From Candidatus Nanosyncoccaceae bacterium (GTDB lineage: Bacteria; Patescibacteriota; Saccharimonadia; Saccharimonadales; Saccharimonadaceae), in assembly GCA_045536655.1 (NCBI GenBank), contig JAZSOA010000012.1, positions 124,385 to 188,384 on the forward strand: a stretch of 64,000 nt of DNA. Direction: 5' to 3'. Positions 17,684 to 26,900 of the stretch are shown one piece after another. The notes beneath the pieces were generated by a model. It worked only from the letters and a program-made list of their open reading frames with translations, did not search any database and was not told where the DNA came from. The translations under genes were made by a program, and so were the position numbers. Numbering within the stretch: the stretch's first letter is position 1; every line of letters starts with the position of its first letter.

Positions 17684-17784
17684 ACTATTCTCCCAATAAT
17701 TCTTATGCATTTATTATACACTAGCGCAATCACAAAAATCCACTAGCGTTTTTCAATCTGTTTGACCGATGGTATAATAAATTT

Positions 17785-19083
17785 ATGAAAAAATTCAATA
17801 CGTCGCCACTTTCTGGCATGCAAGAACTCCTACCAACTGAGCAGGTCGTTTTTGACAAGCTCAAACAACAAATCAGCGACGTATACCATCATTACGGCTT
17901 CCAGAGTATCGAAACGCCTTTGATTGACCGTACTGAAATTCTTTTCGCCAAAGCCGGCGGTGACACCGAGAAGCAGATTTACCGCGTCATGAAGACCGCC
18001 GAATCTGCCGATTCTGCTGACCAAGCACTTCGTTTCGACCACACCGTGCCTCTCGCACGCTATGTCGTCGAACACAGCAACGATCTCGCTTTTCCATTCA
18101 GCGTCACTCAGATTAACCGCAACTTCCGCGGCGAACGCGCCCAGCGGGGCCGCTTCCGCGAATTCTACCAGTGCGATGCAGATATCATTGGCCGTGACAA
18201 GCTTCCAATCGCTTATGATGCCCAGGTTATCGCTTGTATTTACGAAGCCCTCAAGGCTTTCAAGCTGCCGAACATGCAGGTTCGCATTAGTAACCGCAAG
18301 ATTCTTTCTGGCTTCCTCGCATCCCTTGGTTTAACTGAGCAGAGCAGCGAAGTCTCCGAAATTATCGACCACATCGAAAAGGTTCCGCTAGACGTCACGC
18401 GCGAAAAACTCGCCAAGCTTAATATTAACAGCGACAGCATCGAAAAGATTATTAAATTCACCGAGGTTAATGGCGACTACGCCACCGTCGAACAAAAGCT
18501 TGCTGAACTCCTTGGCGACATCACACCAATTCGCGAAGGTCTCGATGAACTCAAGACCGTCTTTACGCTTCTCAATGCGCAGGACAGTCTCGACGATGTC
18601 ATTATCGACCTCATGATCATCCGCGGTCTAGATTACTACACAGGCACCGTCTTCGAAACTTTCATTACTGATCATCGCGACCTCGGTAGTATTTCCAGCG
18701 GCGGCCGTTACGAAAACCTTGCCAGCAACTTCAGCAGTCAAAGCTACCCAGGTGTTGGCGGCAGCATTGGCCTCACGCGCCTCTTCTTCGTTCTCAAGGA
18801 ATGCGGTTTGCTTAACTTTGACGAAGAAAAGAAGCCTGTCGATGTTTGCCTCTTGCCACTCAGCGAAAACGAATTCGAATTTGCCATGCAAGTTGCCACA
18901 AAGCTCCGTGCCGAAGGCAAGACTACAGATATTGATTTCGAAACCCGCAAGCTTGGCGCCCGAATGAACCGCGCCGCCAAAATCGCCGAAGCCGCCATCG
19001 TAATCGGCGACAGCGAGGCTGCCAGCGGAGAACTCGAACTCAAAAGCCTCAAAACCGGCGAAAAGACCGCAATCAAACTCTAA
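17785..19083 (+). CDS. hisS: Histidine--tRNA ligase
   Basis: Class II aaRS motifs: FRGERAQRGRFREFYQCDADIIG, GGRYENL. TGgTATAAT lies 6 nt before the ATG. Confidence 0.95.
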   Translation: MKKFNTSPLSGMQELLPTEQVVFDKLKQQISDVYHHYGFQSIETPLIDRTEILFAKAGGDTEKQIYRVMKTAESADSADQALRFDHTVPLARYVVEHSNDLAFPFSVTQINRNFRGERAQRGRFREFYQCDADIIGRDKLPIAYDAQVIACIYEALKAFKLPNMQVRISNRKILSGFLASLGLTEQSSEVSEIIDHIEKVPLDVTREKLAKLNINSDSIEKIIKFTEVNGDYATVEQKLAELLGDITPIREGLDELKTVFTLLNAQDSLDDVIIDLMIIRGLDYYTGTVFETFITDHRDLGSISSGGRYENLASNFSSQSYPGVGGSIGLTRLFFVLKECGLLNFDEEKKPVDVCLLPLSENEFEFAMQVATKLRAEGKTTDIDFETRKLGARMNRAAKIAEAAIVIGDSEAASGELELKSLKTGEKTAIKL

Positions 19084-19168
19084 TCCAATAAAGCCAGACG
19101 AAAAACCGCTCGCCTGGCTTTTTCTTATGCTAAACTAAAACCAAAGGGTTATTAGGAGAAAATACAGA

Positions 19169-19780
19169 GTGGCACAATTATATTTCCGCTATGGCGCCAT
19201 GGGCTGCGGCAAGACCATGCAGCTTTTGCAGGTAGCCTTCAACTATGAAGAACGTGGCCAGAAAGTCTGCGTCATCAAACCAGCGACCGACACTAAAAAC
19301 GGCGACAAGCTTTTAACTCGCATCGGGCCAGAGCGCGAAACCAACTTTACTTTTACCAAACACGACAATATCTTCAACAAAATTAAGCACGAATACCGCG
19401 ATGTCGCCTGCGTACTTTGTGACGAATCACAATTTATGACACCTAAGCAGGCCGACCAGCTCATGAAGGTCGTTACTGCCTTAGATATCCCAGTCATGTG
19501 CTACGGTCTTCGCCTCAACTTCCGCCAGCAAGACGGCGGCTTCGAAGGCGCTACAAGATTGCTCCAAATTGCACACAAAGTCGAAGAGCTCAAAACCATC
19601 TGCGACTGCGGCCGCAAAGCTACCATGAACACCCGCTGGCTCAACGGCAAGCTCGTGGTCGATGGCCCAGATGTCCTAATCGACGGCACAAGCGACATTG
19701 AATACCGTTCCATTTGCCCAAAATGTTTTTATAAATATCTCAAACGCGACGTCAAAAAAGCTAAAAAGGAGAAGAAATAA
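19169..19780 (+). CDS. tdk: Thymidine kinase
   Basis: GAMGCGKT P-loop and C-terminal CDCG...CPKC zinc motif. GTG start. Confidence 0.9.
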   Translation: MAQLYFRYGAMGCGKTMQLLQVAFNYEERGQKVCVIKPATDTKNGDKLLTRIGPERETNFTFTKHDNIFNKIKHEYRDVACVLCDESQFMTPKQADQLMKVVTALDIPVMCYGLRLNFRQQDGGFEGATRLLQIAHKVEELKTICDCGRKATMNTRWLNGKLVVDGPDVLIDGTSDIEYRSICPKCFYKYLKRDVKKAKKEKK

Positions 19781-20397
19781 TGTTCATCGTCGTCGAAGGC
19801 CAGGACGCAACCGGCAAGGACACGCAGGCTGCCAAACTTAAAGCATACTTTGAAACCCAAGGCAAAAAAGTTGTCACTTATTCCGAATCTGGCACCACCA
19901 GCGACAATCCTTTCGTGAAAGGCATAGCCGAGCTAACCTATGGCAAAGATTATGGCATCGAACGCCGCACACGCGCCTTACTTTATCTTGTCAATCGCTA
20001 CGAGCAATGGAAGAAGCTCGCCGAACCAACCCTCAAAGAAAACGGCGTCGTCATTATTACGCGCAACTGGTTCTCGACCCTAATTTACGAAGGCTACATG
20101 CAGGGCGTCAGCCGCAGCTTTATTGCTAAAATTCACAAGCGCGTCATGCCAGAGCCGTACTTTAATCCAGATAAAATTGTCATTTTGACCCTCGACGAAA
20201 AAGAGCAGGCCAAGCGCCTCGAAAGCCAGGGCAAAGTTCGCCAGGGCGAATTCTTCAAATCTAAAGGCTACGAGTTTCAGCACAAACTCAACCAAGCCTA
20301 CCTCAAGGTTGCTAAAGAATTCGACGTTCCAACCTTTGACACTAGTGGCACGATCGACGAAGTCTTTGAACGCCTAAAGAAATTCTGGAATATCTAA
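19780..20397 (+). CDS. tmk: dTMP (thymidylate) kinase-like
   Basis: VVEGQDATGKDTQ P-loop; 1-nt overlap (TAATG) with tdk. Confidence 0.8.
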   Translation: MFIVVEGQDATGKDTQAAKLKAYFETQGKKVVTYSESGTTSDNPFVKGIAELTYGKDYGIERRTRALLYLVNRYEQWKKLAEPTLKENGVVIITRNWFSTLIYEGYMQGVSRSFIAKIHKRVMPEPYFNPDKIVILTLDEKEQAKRLESQGKVRQGEFFKSKGYEFQHKLNQAYLKVAKEFDVPTFDTSGTIDEVFERLKKFWNI

Positions 20398-21044
20398 TGC
20401 ACGAATCTTGGCAGGATTTTTTACAAGCCGAATTCAATCAGCCATACTTCAAAAAACTGAGCGAGTTTTTGACAGAAGCCTACAATAATTCAGTAGTCTA
20501 TCCGCCCAAGCAACAAGTTTTCTCGGCTTTTACGACCGATCTAAACGACGTCAAAGTTGTTATTCTGGGCCAAGACCCCTATCACGAGCCGGGGCAGGCC
20601 CACGGCTTAGCTTTTTCGGTCCGCGATAATATCAAAACACCACCATCACTTGTAAATATCTACAAGGAAATCAACAGCGAATACGGCACGCCGATTCCAA
20701 AATCCGGCAACCTCAAACGCTGGCAAGAGCAGGGCGTTTTACTTCTTAATAATGTTTTAACCGTCGAAGCCCACAAAGCCGGAAGTCACCGCGGCTATGG
20801 CTGGGAAGATTTTACCTTACACTGCGTCCAATACCTATCAGACAAACAACCGCATCTCGTCTTCTTGCTCTGGGGTAGAGATGCACGCAACAAAGCTAAA
20901 CTTATCGACAAGCAAAAACACCTCGTCCTTGAATCCGCCCACCCATCGCCACTTTCCGCTTATAACGGATTCTTTGGTAATAATCATTTCAAAACCTGCA
21001 ACGACTGGCTCGAAAGCCACAACCTCACGCCAATCGAGTGGTAA
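20397..21044 (+). CDS. ung: Uracil-DNA glycosylase (family 1)
   Basis: VVILGQDPYH and ESAHPSPLSA motifs. Confidence 0.9.
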   Translation: MHESWQDFLQAEFNQPYFKKLSEFLTEAYNNSVVYPPKQQVFSAFTTDLNDVKVVILGQDPYHEPGQAHGLAFSVRDNIKTPPSLVNIYKEINSEYGTPIPKSGNLKRWQEQGVLLLNNVLTVEAHKAGSHRGYGWEDFTLHCVQYLSDKQPHLVFLLWGRDARNKAKLIDKQKHLVLESAHPSPLSAYNGFFGNNHFKTCNDWLESHNLTPIEW

Positions 21045-21082
21045 AGATAAAATCCCTCGCCTGTGCTAAAATATATCTAGTA

Positions 21083-21862
21083 ATGACTGAAGATTTTTGT
21101 AAGCTCATTGGCTTAAATATTCACTACGTCAAGCAGGGCGAAGGCACCCCACTCTTAATTTTGGCAGGCTGGGGCACCACTATCTCGACCTATCAGGGTT
21201 TAATTGACGACCTATCCCCAATTGCTACTGTTTATTGTCTCGAAATGCCAGGCTGTGGCAGCTCTGATGAGCCAAAGAAAGCCCTCACTTCCGACGATTA
21301 TGCCAAGCTTGTCGAAGAATTTATTACAAAGCAAAAGATCAAAAAGATTAACTTGTTTGGCCATTCCAACGGCGGCCGCACTATTATTAAGCTGCTCGGC
21401 ACGGGCAAGAAGCTAGATTTTGATGTCGATAAAATCATCCTTACTGGCTGCGCTGGCATCGTTCACGAAAAGTCCAATAAAGCCAAGCTCAAAACGAAGA
21501 TTGTCAAAGCCGGCAAAAAAGTCATCAGTTCGAAACTTGTCAAAAAGCTCGCGCCAAACGCCGAAGAGAAACTCAAACAGCGCATGGGCTCCGACGATTA
21601 TCGTGCCGCTTCGCCAGTTATGCGCGAAACACTCGTAAATCTCGTCAATGAAGACCTTCGCGATCTCTTGCCGAATATCAAGCAACCAACTCTATTGCTC
21701 TGGGGCGAATACGACGAAGCCACACCAATTGCCGACGGCGAACTCATGGAAGAACTCATTCCTGATTCTGGTCTCGTAATGTTCCCATATTCGAGCCACT
21801 TCGCCTTCCTCGAAAACCGCGCCCGCTTCCGCGAAATAATCAACACATTTTTAACGCAGTAG
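21083..21862 (+). CDS. Alpha/beta-fold hydrolase
   Basis: GHSNGG nucleophile elbow. ATG 21083 follows TGcTAAAAT. The track ORF starts at 21038. Confidence 0.75.
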   Translation: MTEDFCKLIGLNIHYVKQGEGTPLLILAGWGTTISTYQGLIDDLSPIATVYCLEMPGCGSSDEPKKALTSDDYAKLVEEFITKQKIKKINLFGHSNGGRTIIKLLGTGKKLDFDVDKIILTGCAGIVHEKSNKAKLKTKIVKAGKKVISSKLVKKLAPNAEEKLKQRMGSDDYRAASPVMRETLVNLVNEDLRDLLPNIKQPTLLLWGEYDEATPIADGELMEELIPDSGLVMFPYSSHFAFLENRARFREIINTFLTQ

Positions 21863-21863
21863 T

Positions 21864-23402
21864 ATGAAAATCGCTATTCTAATTGCATTTATCATCAACA
21901 TCATCTTGTGCCTTGTAGATTACCTGCACATGTTCCAGCTCAATTTCTACAAGACCGACATGCATTTGCACTGGTGCAAGAGCAACTTTAGGAAGATCGC
22001 TTTGCGCGCGCTTTTCGTGCTCGTCCCACTCATTTGTCTTAGCAATAATCTTTTGCTCGAAATCGTTGCTCTCGTAGCGCTAGTTTTTTCAATTATCCTC
22101 AACCTACCAAAGCGCCGCGCCAAAATCCCCCTCAAAATCACCGGCCGCATTTTGCGCCTCCTTACCGTCGAAATAATCCTTATTACACTCGTCTGCCTAA
22201 TCAAGCCTAGCCTCGACAGTCTTATTATTCGTGCCTGTATTCTCACAATTATCGCGCCAGTAATTTGCTTAGTTGCAAACTTTATTCTTACGCCAGCCGA
22301 AGAACTTGGCCGCAAGCGTTACATTGACGGTGCCAAGCAAATCCTCAAAGATCACCCAGACCTCACCATCATCGGCATCACGGGCAGCTACGGCAAAACC
22401 AGCATGAAGACTTATCTTTATGAACTTTTGTCACAAAAATACGAAGTCCTCAAAACCCCAGAGAACTACAATACGCCGCTCGGCATCGCCCGCACAATCA
22501 AAACCCAGCTCAAACCAACTCACGAAATCTTTATCTGCGAAATGGGCGCCATGTGGCGCGGCGAAATCGCCGAATGTTGCGAACTTGCCAGCCCAAAGCT
22601 CGGCATCATCACTTCAATCGGCCCACAGCACCTCCAGACCTTCGGTAGTCTCGAAACCATTATCGAAACCAAATTCGAACTTGCCGACGCCGTACGCCGG
22701 AACGATGGTACCATCTTCCTGAATTATGACAATGAGAATATCGCCAAGCACCCTTGTGAAACCACTAAGCTCAAATATGGCATCAAGGCCAAGAGCCTAA
22801 ACTACAAGGCCGCCAAACTTCAGACTACCGAATCCGGCCAAAGTTTCGAGTTCACCGATAAAACCTCAAGCTTCACCTGTGAAACCAAACTCCTCGGACA
22901 GCACAATATCGAGAATCTTACGGGCGCCATCGCCGTTGCGCGCTATCTTGGTGTGCCGGAAAAAGACATTCAATTTACCGTCAAACGCATCAAGGCTGCA
23001 CCACACCGTCTCGAGCTCAATTCGCACGACAACCTTAATATCATTGACGATAGTTACAACTCCAACCCAGTCAGCGCCAATCTCGCCGTCGATACGCTCT
23101 GCAAATTCGCCGGCAAACATGTCGTTATCACGCCTGGCCTCATCGAGCTCGGCGACGACGAAGAGAGATATAATCAAGAGCTGGGCGAGCATATCGCTGC
23201 CCAAAAGCCAGACTTTGTTTATCTGGTCGGCAAAGCCTCACAGGCGGCCGCCGTCGAAGCCGGACTCATCGCAAAAAAATATCCAGCCCGCAACATCCAG
23301 TTCGTTAGCTCGCCAACCGAGGCCACTAACTACGCCAAAGCGCGCTACCCATCCGAAAAGCTAAACATCCTACTACTAAACGATTTACCAGATAATTATT
23401 AA
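21864..23402 (+). CDS. murF: UDP-MurNAc-tripeptide--D-Ala-D-Ala ligase (MurF) with an N-terminal multi-TM extension
   Basis: GITGSYGKTSMK P-loop and a Mur-ligase central and C-terminal pattern. The first ~140 aa are hydrophobic helices. Confidence 0.8.
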   Translation: MKIAILIAFIINIILCLVDYLHMFQLNFYKTDMHLHWCKSNFRKIALRALFVLVPLICLSNNLLLEIVALVALVFSIILNLPKRRAKIPLKITGRILRLLTVEIILITLVCLIKPSLDSLIIRACILTIIAPVICLVANFILTPAEELGRKRYIDGAKQILKDHPDLTIIGITGSYGKTSMKTYLYELLSQKYEVLKTPENYNTPLGIARTIKTQLKPTHEIFICEMGAMWRGEIAECCELASPKLGIITSIGPQHLQTFGSLETIIETKFELADAVRRNDGTIFLNYDNENIAKHPCETTKLKYGIKAKSLNYKAAKLQTTESGQSFEFTDKTSSFTCETKLLGQHNIENLTGAIAVARYLGVPEKDIQFTVKRIKAAPHRLELNSHDNLNIIDDSYNSNPVSANLAVDTLCKFAGKHVVITPGLIELGDDEERYNQELGEHIAAQKPDFVYLVGKASQAAAVEAGLIAKKYPARNIQFVSSPTEATNYAKARYPSEKLNILLLNDLPDNY

Positions 23403-23411
23403 GGAGAGAAA

Positions 23412-24665
23412 ATGAAAGCCAAAATCGCAGTCTTCTTCGGCGGAAACAGCGTCGAACACGAAGTATCAATCATTACCGCGCTTCATGCCGTCGAGAATAT
23501 CGACCGCACAAAATATGATGTCCTGCCAATCTATATCACCAAAGACAACAAAATGTATGCCGGCGAAAAAATCGGCGACATTGCGAACTATAACAATATC
23601 CCAGCCTTACTAAATGAGAGCACCCAGGTTATTCCAGTTAACCTTGGCGACAAAGTAGCACTTCTTCGTGCTGAAAAGAAGCTCCTCAAAAACGACGTCT
23701 ACGATCATATCGACATCGCTTTCCCAATCGTCCATGGCACCAACGTCGAAGACGGTACGATCGAAGGCTTTGTTAAAATGCTCAATATCCCATACGTCGG
23801 CTGCGATGTTATTTCTTCCGCCCTCGGTATGGATAAATATGCCTGCAAAGAAATACTCCGCGCTAACAGCATTCCAGTTATCGACGGAAAGCTCTATAAC
23901 ATCAAGCAATACAAAGACGACGAGCAAACCCTTCGCAAAGACATTGAAAAAGAGCTCGGTTTCCCAGTCATTACCAAGCCAGTCAACCTTGGCTCAAGCG
24001 TTGGTATTAGTATTGCAAAAGATCAGAAAGAGCTTCAACAATCTCTCGAAGAGGCCTTTACCTATGCTAGTAAGGTTCTTGTCGAAAAAGCCATTATGGA
24101 TTTGAAGGAAGTAAACTGTTCCGTTATTGGCGATTATGAGTCCGCCAAGGCTTCCGAATGCGAATCGCCAATCAAGATGGATAAGATTCTTAGTTATCGC
24201 GACAAATATCTCGGCAATGGCACGAAGAGTGCAAAAGGTACCAAAGGCAGCAAAGCTGCTGGCGTAAAGGGAAGCAAAAGCGGCAGCTTCGGTGGCACTA
24301 TGGGCTCAGACAACTCTAATCCATCGCTCGAACTCCCAGCTAAAATTTCGGCCGAACAGAAGAAAACTATTCAAGAACTCGCCGTCAAAACTTTCCAGGC
24401 CCTCGGCTGCAACGGCGTCATTCGCATCGACTTCATCATCGATCAGAGCAACGGTAAGATTTATGTCAACGAAGTAAATACCATTCCGGGCAGCCTTTCC
24501 TTCCATCTCTGGCGCGAAACCGGCACGGATTACACTAGCGAACTCAACGAAATCATCGCGCTTGGTATCAAGCGTGCAAGGGAAGAAAAGAACCTCACTT
24601 TCTCCTTCGAAACTAATATTTTGGCCAATTTTAACGGCGCCAAGGCACAGAAGCTACATAAGTAG
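23412..24665 (+). CDS. ddl: D-alanine--D-alanine ligase
   Basis: FFGGNSVEHEVS, HGTNVEDGTIEG, EVNTIPG. Contains a Lys/Gly-rich insertion. Confidence 0.9.
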   Translation: MKAKIAVFFGGNSVEHEVSIITALHAVENIDRTKYDVLPIYITKDNKMYAGEKIGDIANYNNIPALLNESTQVIPVNLGDKVALLRAEKKLLKNDVYDHIDIAFPIVHGTNVEDGTIEGFVKMLNIPYVGCDVISSALGMDKYACKEILRANSIPVIDGKLYNIKQYKDDEQTLRKDIEKELGFPVITKPVNLGSSVGISIAKDQKELQQSLEEAFTYASKVLVEKAIMDLKEVNCSVIGDYESAKASECESPIKMDKILSYRDKYLGNGTKSAKGTKGSKAAGVKGSKSGSFGGTMGSDNSNPSLELPAKISAEQKKTIQELAVKTFQALGCNGVIRIDFIIDQSNGKIYVNEVNTIPGSLSFHLWRETGTDYTSELNEIIALGIKRAREEKNLTFSFETNILANFNGAKAQKLHK

Positions 24666-24676
24666 TTTTCGCGCAA

Positions 24677-24699
24677 AGCAACTTAGTTAACTTGGTTAA
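24677..24699. repeat. Second copy of the 23-bp gcaacttagttaacttggttaac element
   Basis: Identical to 352-374. Confidence 0.85.
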
Positions 24700-24836
24700 C
24701 TTTGTTGGTTTTGGCAAATCATATAGTATAAGGGAGCGGGTCCACTAGACTAAGCCCAAATCCACAAAAACAAGCCCAACCCAATCGAAACCAAGCCAAA
24801 CTAAAAACTCAAATCCCAAGAAAATATAAAATCCTC

Positions 24837-24865
24837 TTGACTTTTAAGCAACATTGTGCTAGAAT
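24837..24865 (+). promoter_or_regulatory. Promoter with extended -10
   Basis: TTGACT-17 nt-TAGAAT, with TGc immediately upstream of the -10. Confidence 0.6.
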
Positions 24866-25200
24866 TATAAACATAGAGTTAACTTTGCGCAGATGCACCG
24901 CTACCAAGCGGTGCATTTCCGCTTTCTTAGGGTTTTACAAAACCGCTACTTTTACGCAGGCTTCCCACAGTTGCACAGACCTCATTATTCACATAACCAA
25001 ACCGTCAAAAATCTCAATTTCAAGACTAGCACAAGCGATATGGCTGGTCATATAATGAAAGTACGACATCACACTTCGGTCACTGACGTCGAGAGATCTC
25101 GTCGCAACGTATTTGTCATTTGTACGGGCGGCACCGAGCCGAGAAATTCATGGCTCACATAAATGACTCCAAAAATTTAACAATTTCAAAGGAGTAATTT

Positions 25201-25452
25201 ATGAACAATAACAAAACTTTACAAGGCGAGAAAGTAGAGGTCATGGCACTCTTCAACTACAGCAAGATTCCATGCCAACCACTATACTTCCGCAAACGAG
25301 GAGGTGATGAGGTCGAGATTACCGAAACAACCGGTACTCGCATCAAATTCATCGGCGGCGCAGCCAAGCACATCTTCGAATGCTTGGTCGGCAAAAACCA
25401 ATGCCGTCTCGAGTTTGATTCCAAGTCACTCGCGTGGACACTCTTTGCTTAA
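25201..25452 (+). CDS. Small hypothetical protein (83 aa), paralog of 57979-58266
   Basis: AAGGAG SD. Shares E.vEV.A.F...P..FR...G.EV.I.E......F...V....RL..D..SL.W.L columns with the dinB-coupled ORF. Terminator follows. Confidence 0.6.
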   Translation: MNNNKTLQGEKVEVMALFNYSKIPCQPLYFRKRGGDEVEITETTGTRIKFIGGAAKHIFECLVGKNQCRLEFDSKSLAWTLFA

Positions 25453-25506
25453 AGAGCCACTACTACTCGTCGAACGCTCAGAAGCCCAAAAACTTCTGGG
25501 CGTTTT

Positions 25507-26790
25507 TTATTTCATGCGCATTATATCCGACACGAGCCGCACGATCGCCCGAACCAAACCCAAGATGCCGACCGGCAACAGCGCAATCACCAGAATTCGC
25601 CACCAAGGCAGTGAAGCAGAAGTCGGGACAGATTCCGCAACACCCTCAATCTTTAGCTCCGCCATTTCTCCCATATTGTACCCGGCATCCGCACTGCCCA
25701 TCGCGATCTCGATGTCCGAAAAGTCCACATCACCAATCGTCAAACCTTCGTTCGTTACATCCACAAAGCCTATAAAATAATCATTAATACGCAAGGCTAA
25801 ATATCGCCCCGAACCACGCGTTCTAGTCCAACTCAGGCAAACTTGTTCTTCGCCACAACGCTGTGCGCTAATATTCAACGATGGCAATACTGGCTCATCC
25901 TCATAGGTTCTACCAGCTACTACCGCAGCTATCTCGTCCGTTTGGTTCTTTGTAACTAGTCCGCCCCGTAATAGCGAATAGTTTTTCCGCAAGTATTCCA
26001 AACGCTTCAGAACCTGCATTGCTGCGGTATAGTACGCACCATTTTCCTCATATTGCGAATGCCCCTTAGAATTTAAAGGGTTCTTCGAGCTGCCACAAAT
26101 AAAATCGTTATCATTACACCAAAGACCATAACGCCCAGCTAGACTCTCAAGCTCATACGGTTTACGTGCGCCTAAAATCCCATTGTCCGTATCACAGTTC
26201 GGCACATAAACCCGGTATTCACTCAAATTCTCGCCCCGGCAAGCTGGCGGATTAAAACCCTCACCCTCTGGCAGATATAATTTCGGATCACCAAACAGGG
26301 CAACATAAACTACCTTGTCCGCGTCAAAGCTTTTTAGAGAATTCGCCACCACCATTGCGCCCTGCGAATAACCAGCCAACACCCAGTAAGTATTCGCACA
26401 AGACGCACGCGATCGCATATAATACTCCAACTGTCCAACACCACCATTTATACTTTTACCAAAGCTATACGCCTCACCCGCCGAAACGTAAGTGCCTAAA
26501 GCATTTCCAACCGAAATCGCCACGGCTTCATAATTCAAATCCGTTATCCTATAGCTTAGCTTCGCCTGTTTGGCCGCCAAAGCCATGTTCTTTTGAAACT
26601 CCAAAAAGCTTTCGCCCGTATCCTGAGATTGACCAGAACCACGCGCAAAAACAAACTCCACATCCCGGCAGCCTAGAGTATCATTATCCGAATAATGCCA
26701 GTAATCTTTCGCCGAAGCTAAATTTCAACTCAAACAAGCGCCAAAACAGGCCAATACAATACCAAATATAATCCTTGTAAATCTCTTCAT
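25507..26790 (-). pseudogene. Cutinase-like secreted serine esterase interrupted by an in-frame TGA after the signal peptide
   Basis: GGAGG SD plus ATG 26790 gives MKRFTRIIFGIVLACFGACLS, then TGA (26725-26727). The same frame continues NLASAKDYW..FARGSGQ..GYSQGAMVV to 25507, with a C-terminal TM helix. Confidence 0.65.
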
Positions 26791-26900
26791 TTTTACCTCC
26801 GCAAATACTATCTCACAAACCTCCAAAAACTCTAAGCATAATTGCAATGTTTTTGCCAAAAGACCAGAATAATGACCTAATATAGTGCTACAATATTCTT

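Noticed and set aside
24723-24763. Possible fourth copy of the leader motif (tagtataagggagcgggtccactagactaagcccaaatcc)
   Set aside because: It shares only the purine-rich block and the RCTAA..AAATCC tail. It has no start codon and no convincing stem, and it lies upstream of the mapped promoter.
26725-26727. Alternative genetic code (UGA as a sense codon, as in Gracilibacteria/SR1)
   Set aside because: TGA terminates other well-supported genes here, for example the ATGA overlap at 4811-4814. No other conserved gene in the window needs TGA readthrough.
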